Made by a program: the position numbers and the translations under genes
NCBI GenBank assembly: GCA_002269645.1
Contig: NIVC01000524.1
Location: 1-64,000, forward strand
Length of the DNA: 64,000 nt
Source of the DNA: Macrostomum lignano
Lineage: Eukaryota
Direction: 5' to 3'
In this document: piece by piece, positions 48,032-58,647 of the stretch
Layout: the number at the start of each line of letters is the position of its first letter
Position numbering within the stretch: position 1 is the stretch's first letter
Notes under the pieces: generated by a model
Database searches by the model: none
What the model was told of the DNA's origin: nothing
What the model saw: only the letters and a program-made list of their open reading frames with translations

Positions 48032-50744
48032 CACGACTGCATATTCTTTTAAACAAAAATAATGTTTATAAAAATGAGTTTATTTGAAAAAACATGTGGT
48101 TTAATAAATTTTGCTCCTATTTGGGGACACAACAAAAATAATTTGTTTTATTACTTAATATGAAATCGATCTGTTTAACTGTCACGTTAGAAAAAGTAAA
48201 AATTTCTGTCGTTCATCGTTTCATCGTTGCGCATTTTGCAGCCAAAATACACTAAGACTAAAAGCCCGATCATAATAACTTAAGGATTTAGTATTAGTTG
48301 TTAAAATATTATTAAGAGCGCAAAATAATGAAACTGATCGATGGAACTATGATATATCGCTAGACGCTAGCTCTCCTGATATGAGCTAGGATCCTTGCCG
48401 CACTATACATGTTTATGTACAAATTCTACATACGACAAATTGAAATATCTTTTATGTACTCAGGATATAGTTTTAATAACGAGATTAAGGAAATTTGGGT
48501 TGTTATTCGGAATTTATCTGCCGTTGAAGGCTAGATTAATTATACAAGGACCTAACAAACGTAGTACATGCATATGTGCTGGTAGTAGGATTCTAACAAG
48601 AATATAATACGGCTATACATATACTCAGCAGCATTGAAAAGTTTTCACTCTATGCGTACGTAAGTGAGCAATTTCTCTTGGACTATTCTGAAATAAAAGA
48701 TACGAGAAAACTGAGGGGTAGCTAATTAATCCGTCCAACCCTTGTACGTACTGTACATTCATGTACATGTGCCGCGCCGATCCCCCGATCTCTTCATTCC
48801 TCAACCCATGTCCGTCGTGTCAACCCACAGTTGTATAGACATGTAGCTAAGCTGCGTCACTCACAAAGATTGAGAGACTTTACCTGCACTCTCAAAAGTG
48901 GTGACCACAGGCAGAATCGATACTGTGATGCAGCCTTTTAGGGTAAGAGTATTTATTCTTGGCTGCAAGTGAGGAAGACGATCGTAGCAGAGGAAATGTG
49001 GTTGCACGCATATGGCTCTCAGGCATGCAGGAAGCAAGGACTACTCAGGCAGATGCGCAGCCTGTGGAATATCAGCCTTCAATTATTTCCTGTTTCCTGG
49101 GTGCCCGAGTCCTTCGATTCTACTATTACAGTGATCCTTGCATGGGCTTATATACATGTACATGTACAATTGCAACTCTGTGTATAAAACTGTCGCATGA
49201 AGGAATTGCTTGCGTCTAATTAGAGCAAGGCAAGTATTTATTATATCAGTACAAGTTCCAACGCTGACGAAAGCGCCAGCGCAGAATTCGCGGCAATTAT
49301 TAAGTCGAATGCATTAAATTATGATACGCCATTTGAAAGCACAACACAATACCAACCAGACCCAGAGCACCCACGATATTTGCATTTTCTCTATATGCTA
49401 ATTGTACTGTACTCCTACATGTACGTCAATCATATAGTTCTGGCTCCTTATCTCTGCTCCAGATAGGCGGACAACTAAGAATGTCACTAGTTGGCACTGG
49501 CTAAACTACAGCACATGTACAAAATAAACAAAAATAGACATGACAACAGTTTGACTGTTCTAAGAGATTTATCAATAATTCAGAACGAAGCACTTACTAT
49601 AAATAACATAATAGGTAGCAAAGCATATTCGAGTGCTTTTTATTAAATTGGTTTATATAAAGATGACTTTAAAAAGTTATCATAATTTTTTTCAGATAAA
49701 AGGAATATACCAATAATAATAATTATTATTATTATCATGCGCCAAGTTCGTAGCAAAGCAGCATAAGGAAGACAAACTGCGTTACGCCAACAGTTTCAGA
49801 CAGAGCTACAGTGTGTCATTTCATTTATTAAAAGTACATTGAGGTCCTAACTTCTGTTAGCGATTATCTAAGTAACGATTATTAAATAATAATAAAAAGG
49901 ATAAGTTTGGTTGTGAATAGATTATAGAGTTAGAGCAGGTATCAATCGTGTGTCCGTGCATCTGTAAACAGTATTATAAGCATATAACACGCATCATTAC
50001 AGCAAAACAAAATAGAGTTTTTCCCCCAAAAAATCACCACTTTCAAAGTTCACCAGGAGTCAGGCAAATGAGAAACATGTTTGTGAGAAGGAATCTCTAC
50101 TAAAATTAATTTTAAACAAAAAACACGGCCACTCGCGGCAGTAGGCCAGTGCGATCAAGCAGTCAATTATCAAAATACTTAATTATACTTTAATGGACCT
50201 CGCAAATAAAAAACACAAATTAAAAATTGGTACCCTTTAATAGCAGCTGGACTGCAGCAGAACATTGGTTAGAAAAACATTGCGCAGTAAATAGAACTAC
50301 AAATTAAAATGATATATATATATAGTAACACGGCAGTTCCATCAGTTAAAACACATGACAGGTTATTAAACGCATTGAAGACGCTAAGTAGGAGGACATT
50401 GGTCAGCACTTCAGCTCAACAAGAGTTTATTGCTATTCGATGTAATGCGGAACCTAGCTTAAGCTTAATATAAGCCCCTGGCAAAATGGGTAAGGGGGGG
50501 TGGAACTTGAAATCCTCACCAATAGGAATAAACTATATTTCAGAGACTTACAGGCACATCATTCAAATAATACATTATCGATAGAACGACACAACGGCAG
50601 TACCAAGTAATTATTAAAAGAAAGTTCAAATACTACAGGCAGTTTATCTTCATCAAGCATTAAAAGTGGGTCTCAAAGATTTTTTTGATTGTAAATTTTA
50701 AATAAAGTCGGAAATCCGTTCTTAATGTCGGTATCGGTAAATCA

Positions 50745-51330
50745 AACTTAATGTCGGAAACCCGCTTTTAAAAGTCGGAAACCCATTTTCTAAATGTCGG
50801 AAACCTGTTTTCTAATTGTCGGAAACCCGTTTTCTAAATGTCGGAAACCCGTTTTTTAAATGTCGGAAACCTGTTTTCTAAATGTCGGAAACCCGTTTTC
50901 TAAATGTCGGAAACCTGTTTTCTAAATGTCGGAAACCCGTTTTCTAAATGTCGGAAACCCGTTTTCTAAAAGTCGGAAATCCGTTTTCTAAATGTCGGAA
51001 ACCCGTTTTCTAAATGTCGGAAACCTGTTTTCTAAATGTCGGAAACCCGTTTTCTAAATGTCGGAAACCTGTTTTCTAAATGTCGGAAACCTGTTTTCTA
51101 AATGTCGGAAACCTGTTTTCTAAATGTCGGAAACCTGTTTTCTAAATGTCGGAAACCTGTTTTCTAAATGTCGGAAACCTGTTTTCTAAATGTCGGAAAC
51201 CCGTTTTCTAAATGTCGGAAACCCGTTTTCTAAAAGTCGGAAATCCGTTTTCTAAATGTCGGAAACCCGTTTTCTAAATGTCGGAAACCTGTTTTCTAAA
51301 TGTCGGAAACCCGTTTTCTAAATGTCGGAA
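50745..51330. repeat. 22-bp minisatellite (AAATGTCGGAAACC[C/T]GTTTTCT)n, ~26 copies
   Basis: Directly visible, just downstream of the WAVE stop codon. Confidence 0.96.
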
Positions 51331-51612
51331 GAGAAACAAGTTTTCGATGACCAGTCGGTTTTCAAAAGTATTTTTGAGGGCTCACAGGATTTCCCATATT
51401 GTTTCTTGGTTGTCCCACCTCATACTAATTAAAATTTCATTTTCCAATATTGGACACCCAATATAGGCTGGGTGTAAAATAAACATGTAGAGCAGTAACT
51501 AATAGCTGAATAACAATATTTAATAATAATAATACTCTGGAAAAGAATATTTAACACCAAACAGGAGAACACAACACGCAACTAGCTAGCAAATAGTTAG
51601 CAATAAATTTTC

Positions 51613-53334
51613 TTAGTCCTCTTCAGAGCCCCAGTCCTCGGAGCCGCCAGACTCAGAGTCAGATTCTGGCTGAATATTCGGCCTGATAGCGTTCAGGGCA
51701 TCGAATATGGCCTGCACATCGCAGTGCTGCTTGGCCCGGCTCCGTATGGTATTATAGCCGCTAGTGATCTGCGGCACGGCTGACACTTTCTTCAATTCGA
51801 TTCCTTTGCGAATCTGATCCAACAGGTTGCCGCCCTGCTGCACTGGTGGCGCTGGCGGCGGCGGCGCGGGCGGCGGAGGCGGCGGAGCAGCCGCTGCAAC
51901 AGCTGCCGGCGGCCGGGCACCAGCTGCCTGAGACGTCGGCGGCGCTGGCGGCGGCGGCGGCGGTGGCGGGGGAGGCGGCGGCGGCGGAGGCGGAGGCGGC
52001 GGAGTCACAGCTGGCAAGCCGGCGCCAAACACTGAGTCGGGCGGCGGCGGCGGCAGCATGTCGATACTGGCGCCTAAATCGGTCGTGGCCGCGCCCTGCT
52101 GAGCCAATGGCAGCGGCGGCGGCGGCAGAGCCGAGTCGCCTGGCGACGCTGACAGGCCGTGCATCGCCTGCTGCCTGTCGGCGTAGATAGCCTGATCGTC
52201 AACGTACTGGCGCATCGGGTGGCGCTGGCTCAGGCCTGGAGCAGGCGGTTTCGGCGGCCCCGGTTGCTGCTGCTGCTGCTGCTGTTGCTGCTGCGAAGCC
52301 GGGGTGGCGTAGCCATAGCCTTGAAGACTGGGCATCGGCGGCGGTGGCCGCAGGTCGTCCTCCTCCGAATTGAGAACAGGCGGAGGCGGCGGTGGGGCCT
52401 GACGATAGCCACCATCCTGCTGCTGTTGATAGTGCTGCTTTTCAGCATCTGATGGCGAAGCTTGAGCAGGAGCCGGGGGCGGCGGCGGAGACACCTGCGG
52501 TTGCTGCTGCTGCTGCGTCGGCTGCGGTGGCGGCGGCGGAGACGGATAAGAGGTCTGCAGCTGCTGCTGGGTGCTGCTAGCAGAGACATAATGGTTGCCA
52601 GCCGAGACAGGCGGCACAGAGCCATTGGCAGCAGCAGCTGGCGGAGGAGCCGCGGCCGGAATGAACTCAACGCCCTTCTTCATGTGCTCATAGTCTGGCC
52701 TGGCTGGCTGGGCCCGAGTTCGCTTCTTTCTCTTGTGCTTGCCGGCGCTTTTGTGCCCGCCGCCGCCGGCTCCGCCAGCGTGGGCCGCCGGCCGCAGCGA
52801 CTTCTGCGCCTCCTCGAGCATCTGCTTGGCCCACAGGTCGAAGAAGAACTCGGGATCCGAGTAGATCTTCATGCTCTTACGCCCGTCATCGCGCAGCGGG
52901 TCCAGCTTGTACAGATCCGGCGGTGTCTCGCAGGCTTTGTACAGGCTGGCCACCGAGGCGGGCATGGAGTCCGGCCGCACCAGACCCGACTGGACAGTCT
53001 GGTCCGACTCGAACCGGTCGGCGCCGGACACGGTGACAAAAGTGTCCGAATCTGAGTTGAGCAGATCGGATTTATCGTGCAGCCGTTTAACCCGCTGGCT
53101 GACCGCGGCAGTTCGAGCGGCTAAAGCCGACATTTCGGAGGTTAATTCGCGAAATATGTCGCTAGTGTGCCGGCTGAATGAGCTCATCTGCTCGATGAGG
53201 CGGCTGAGGGTCAGGTTGTTAGTGTACTGCAGCTCGTCCGCTACTTTGGGCCGCTGCTGTTGGCCGCCGGCCGCTTCGGCCGTTTCAACCCGACTGATTG
53301 CGGTCGGCTCGACGAGACGCTTGACAAACGGCAT
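51613..53334 (-). CDS. WASF: WAVE/SCAR (WASF family) actin nucleation-promoting factor, 573 aa, single coding exon
   Basis: WHD (MPFVKRLVEP...NLTLSRLIEQMSSFSRHTSDIF...YSDPEFFFDLW), basic KHKRKKR, long polyproline region, WH2 (NLLDQIRKGIELKKV), central region, acidic tail with Trp (SEDWGSEED). Confidence 0.93.
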   Translation of the reverse strand: MPFVKRLVEPTAISRVETAEAAGGQQQRPKVADELQYTNNLTLSRLIEQMSSFSRHTSDIFRELTSEMSALAARTAAVSQRVKRLHDKSDLLNSDSDTFVTVSGADRFESDQTVQSGLVRPDSMPASVASLYKACETPPDLYKLDPLRDDGRKSMKIYSDPEFFFDLWAKQMLEEAQKSLRPAAHAGGAGGGGHKSAGKHKRKKRTRAQPARPDYEHMKKGVEFIPAAAPPPAAAANGSVPPVSAGNHYVSASSTQQQLQTSYPSPPPPPQPTQQQQQPQVSPPPPPAPAQASPSDAEKQHYQQQQDGGYRQAPPPPPPVLNSEEDDLRPPPPMPSLQGYGYATPASQQQQQQQQQQPGPPKPPAPGLSQRHPMRQYVDDQAIYADRQQAMHGLSASPGDSALPPPPLPLAQQGAATTDLGASIDMLPPPPPDSVFGAGLPAVTPPPPPPPPPPPPPPPPPPPAPPTSQAAGARPPAAVAAAAPPPPPPAPPPPAPPVQQGGNLLDQIRKGIELKKVSAVPQITSGYNTIRSRAKQHCDVQAIFDALNAIRPNIQPESDSESGGSEDWGSEED

Positions 53335-55529
53335 TGCCAGGCGGTGTGGCGACTGGGATAAGTGAGATGACCGAGCAAGACTGCCTGTGCTGCACTGCGA
53401 TTTTACTGGCCAACTGTGCGCATCAGTTTGTGAGCCAGTTGTGTGTCAGAAGTTGAGAAAATTAGATAAATAAAATACATTTTCAATGCAGTTTTACCCA
53501 CCTCTTACCCATCTCTACCCTACCTTAAGTCTGCATACTTCATGTTTACAGATTACTCAAAGTTTGCAATTGAAAGAAGTATTTAAATTCCAAGAACCTC
53601 AATTCTACCTAACATAAGTTAAAAGTAATAATTTATTAAAGTATAAGAGTCTCTAAAAATAATAATTCCCACGTTTTTGTTTCTAATTTTAATAACCTAC
53701 TTAGTTATTTGTCAATTATATCTAAATAATTAAATACTAATTAATATATATATAATGTATATATAATATATATAATAATATTTTATTTTATAGATAATTA
53801 TAATTATATAATTATATTTTATAGATAAACCAGAAATCATAAACCATCCAATTAACAAAATGCAGTCATGCTGACTGGAAAGATGGTTAAAACTTAAACT
53901 GTCTTACTATTAGATGTTTAAATATTAAAGCTAGGTTATCAATTATTGCATTTCCCTAAAATATTATACAAAATAAAATTATACCAACAAAAATGATATC
54001 TTACTATAAGTTTTCATATAACTGACAAATTTTGGTTATGAAAAAGCAGCTTTACAATATATATAACTGAATTTAATTTCTTTTTTTCTCAAAAAGTTAT
54101 TTAGTAAAGGTACACAAAAAAGTACTTGGTAAAATATAGAATTTGTAGCAGAATTGTAAATTGTAGAATAAACTGCAGATTCTATTAACTTCAAATAAAG
54201 TGTGAATGTAGGATGGCTAAAGTACACTATGACCATAGTCAGGAAGATGGCCTTTTTCATGGAAAATTCCAAAGCAAAAATGGTTGGATGTGTGCCATGT
54301 TGACACATTCCAGTACAACAGCAAGCAAGGGGGGAAATCTAGCACAGTATGGTGCAAGACAAAAAATTGGTACAATTTGTTGCAAAACAAAATTTTTGGT
54401 AAGACAATATTTTTGCACACAGAAAATTAGTATACAATTTCTTTTTATTAGCACTTTTTTGTTTGCTGGTTATGATGGCTTTTTTAATTAAAATATATTA
54501 ACATTGCAGTTTCTATGAAACAGATTCAAATACAAGTTTTACTAAAATTTATTCTAGTGCAGGTGTGCCATGATCTTAACTATGACACTATTAACTATAT
54601 ATATATAATCTTATAACAATAAAACCTTTACAAAATGACCAAACTGCTAAAGAAAAAATATAATAATGTTTTTAATACTTATTAGCTATAGTATTCATAA
54701 AAACCTATATTTATTACTTTGAGTAGGCCTACTAATAGATGCTACTGTTTCTAGTTCAGTTTTCCTTGATACAGAATCATTTCATATTATAAATTTCTTT
54801 TTATATAGGCCTATGCATATATATCTTTTTCATATAGTTACATTACTATAATATAGCTATATAGTATATATATTTTATAAAAAATATTAAGAATTGATAC
54901 ATATGATATTTTATATATATTAGTAGCTATATATATATGCTAAATAAATTTAGCATTATATACTTCTATTTTAAGGTAAGTAGAATCTAAAATATTTTTA
55001 AACAAAAAATGTGCCCCATGTCTATGTCATTCTATAATTTACCATTCTACTATAGATTCCATATTTTACTATGCTATTCCATTCTAATTTTGCTGCAAAT
55101 TCTACATTTTACTGGGTACCAACACAAGATAGTAGACAAAATGACTCTAGATCATGCTTGGGTGCAACTTAAGGATTCACCTAGCCTTGGCAACACACAC
55201 ATGTAAGTTGCTATTGGACAGAATAGTAGTCATGTGACTGCTCTCAGCCAATAGAAATAGCCAAGTGATTAACAAGGTTGCGCATGTATATATGCTCTAG
55301 ATCTAGGGATACCTGGATTTGCCTATGAATAAAAAATCAATTCAAAAATATTCTGTATTTTTTAGAATTTTATAATGTCTTTTGAAGTTTTGCTCTTTAT
55401 CATTTTTTATATTGATTTCAAAACTGACTAAAATTTAGTGCATAGGTTGCATGCATAAAGGCAGGCTGCTGTTGTGTTAATACTAACTAAGGGGCTAATA
55501 TTAGCTAGGGGGCTAACTATCAACTCTTT

Positions 55530-56690
55530 TTTGACTTCCTCAAGGCCTTTGACTTGGTGGCACGTGGCACGCTGCCTCACATGCTTTGTGCCTACAACAT
55601 ACTGCAGCAGCTGATCTCTGCTATCATGGCACTATATCAGGACACTACCACCGCAGTAGCAATGCCAGATGGACCATTGGACCTATTTAGCATGACCTTT
55701 AGAATGCTACAAGGTGACACTCTGGCGCCCTTTCTCTTTGTGCTAGTGATGGACTGGGTGTTCAGGACTGGCCTACTGACAATAGAGGACAGTTTTCTGC
55801 TATAAAGGTGCACCAGTAGATGGCACCTAGAGAAGAAACTATCTGTCTTTGGCTACGCAGATGACCTTGCCCTGCTGTCTTCAACAGCCAAAGGCACCCA
55901 ATGGCTACTAGACAGCCTGACTACGATAGCAGCAAGGGTCAGTCTTGTCATCAATGCTAAGAAGACCAAGGTGCTGATGGTGCCACATGATCTACCCATT
56001 GAGATTCAACTTCGAGATGGTGATAACCCTGGACAATGCTCCCAAAGTGCTTTCAGTTTGTCTACCTTGGCAGACTAGTGCCTGACATTGGCAACAACCT
56101 AGCAAGATGGTGCAGCAAGGCCTGGGCTGCCTTCCAATCTGTGCAGGCAGTGCTGCTTTCCAAGGCTCTGTCTGACAGCGCTAGGTCTCAGCTATTCTAG
56201 GCAGTTGTTGAGACCGTCCTACTGTACAATGCTGAGACCTGGACACTGACTAAGGCGCTTAAAGCGCAACTCAATGCAGCGCATGCGGCCCTAGTCTGTG
56301 CCATTTTCAGCACCCGCCGTGGCCCTGGTAGCAAGACAACTAAGTCCTTATATAAGCACACAGGCCTAATATGGCCTTTTGCCTTGCTGAGTCAGCAGCG
56401 CCTACAGCTTGCCAGACATGTCATCCAGGCCGAAGCCTACTGCCCAGAGCTGCTGCAAGCGCTGCTGTGGATGTCCTGCTGTGGACCCCGCAGGGACCGC
56501 GCAGGCATGGCCAGGGTCCAGGAATGATCAGCCTGCTAGGGCCTATATCAACTGCTTTTTTGAAGACACGTGAGCACCCAGCCAGGCAGCCGGTATGAAG
56601 CATGTTAGAGACCTAGCTTTGAAATGCGCAATTTGATGCTCCCCCCTCTAGGCCACTCCTGTGGCTGGCATGGGGTATAACTATTGTTAT
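55530..56690 (+). mobile_element. Heavily mutated 5'-truncated RTE-like LINE copy related to 27780-28692, ending in a (TAT)n tail
   Basis: DFLKAFDLV, LISAIMALY, LQGDTLAPFLFVLVMDWV, GYADDLALLS, LVINAKKTKV, ETVLLYNAETWTLT. In-frame stops are present. GTTATTATTATTATT at about 56685-56700. Confidence 0.88.
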
Positions 56691-56719
56691 TATTATTATT
56701 AATAGAGGGCTATATATAA

Positions 56720-57209
56720 GGCTTCCAGTCAATTTGGCGACAAGCCAATTCGGCGACAACCGATTTGGCGACAAGTCAGTTTGGCGACAGCCAATTCGGC
56801 GAATGCTAATTAAGGCGAATTAAGGTGGATCATTGCATAAAGCTATTACAACTCGTTAAATTTTACATATGTATACGCATAGCCATTCGCCCCTGACCAT
56901 TTATTATAGAAAAATTGTTTTAACTATGTCAAATCGCACATTTTCAAAAAAGTGTAAAACATTTTATGTTTTCCACAGAGACATTTGGCATGGCATATGC
57001 TGGGGGAATACATGGCCATATATACCATTTTCCCACCTGACCCAACAAAATGGGCTTAAATAGTTTGATGGTTGGTTATTTAGGATTATTATTATATTTT
57101 ATATTTACTATACATGTACCATTAAACCGGTAAAAAGCCTGTCGCCAAACTGACTTGTCGCCGAATTGGCTGTCGCCGAGTTAACCTGTCGCCGAATTAA
57201 CTGGTTCCC
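56720..57209. mobile_element. 490-bp MITE-like element with imperfect TIRs and subterminal GGCGACA repeats, in a TA-rich site
   Basis: Left end GGCTTCCAGTCAATTTGGCGACA; right end (reverse complement) GGGAACCAGTTAATTCGGCGACA. 4-5 T[C/T]GGCGA motifs sit at each end in opposite orientation, flanked by TATATA runs. Confidence 0.75.
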
Positions 57210-58647
57210 ATATATAATATGTTTAATACATTTTTTCAGATTAAGGTCTAGGAATCATTGGCCTACTTATGACTCATGGGCTTACTCATTTAATAATTGA
57301 TAGGCTTAATTCACACTTATAAGATTATTATATTCCACACTTATTCATTAATTTTTTAACTTAACTTTTACACAGATAAGTTTCATGAAAATTGTAGGAC
57401 TAGTCATAGTCATTCTTATTTTACCTAGGAGGTACCAACAGACCATTCATTATAGCATAATGGAAAAAATATGAAGCAAGTTCACATTGTAAAAATCAGA
57501 ACATTATTGTTTATTTTATCTGCAGTCTGCATGTAGGATGTAGAATGCATTATTATTCAAGACATTGTTTCTTGGAATAATTGATGCGTAATATTTTATG
57601 TTTTAAAATCTGGTTAATTTAGAAGTATTAACAAATGCTCCTTGCTGTAATTTTCAGTTAGCCTAGAACGAACAAAAGACAGTAAAGATGTTTTATTTAT
57701 TTACATTCTATATATATCTGCAAAATATATTGCTTGTTGCATGCGCTAATTGTTAGGGTAAGCCGTTGTTAAACGCTGTAGTAGTGCGGCTAAATTGCTC
57801 TTCATACATAAATTGAACAAAAATTCAAGTCTGGCATGCACTAATTTAAATATTTAAAATCCAATGCACCTATTATAAACTCCAAAAGTTCAGTGGGATT
57901 TTAAGCAGTCAGATGTCGATTGTCGGTGTTATTATTCGCCGTTGGAACCACCGTAGGAACCCATGCAAGTGCGCATGCATGTAATGTTACTATTACTATA
58001 TATATACATATACTAGCTCTGTATCGTTAAGCCTAAATAGAAAAACCTACTGCCTTTGCGTCTGATTTATTTGAATTCCCTGCATATGAAGCATAGTTAT
58101 TAGTACGCATGATTTTATTTTTTCGGATGCATGCAATCATTTTACTGCACTCATTGATGTATAATTTACATTTATAAATAAATTTGTGTAAAGTCACTTG
58201 ATAAAACTGTTTTGATTGGTCTCTCGATTGTATATCCATGCTGGTACAGTACAGCAAAATTGACCCAACGGATCGTTTCGTTAGAATTAATTATATAGTG
58301 CATAGCGTGTGTAGTCTTTTTTGACACTATAAAAAACAAATGTTCCAATAATATCCGCATACAATTATTGTTATAAACCTTAACTTTATACTGTAAATTT
58401 ATCGGTAGCAAAAAACATTTCACTTTAGTTAGTTTGAGTCGCGAGTTCACAGTTCTACTCTCTGCAACCTCTCGGTATCGAATTGCAGTCGAATCAAGTT
58501 TGCAGAAATTTAAACATAGTCAGAGCGCTGACTGCCAGCCTCACGCGACCTGTGAGTGGTTCAGGGGGAATAATTGTCAGTTTATACTCGCATGCTGATA
58601 AAAGTTGTAAAATAAGGTAATAATATAGTAAGACTGATCGATCAGCC

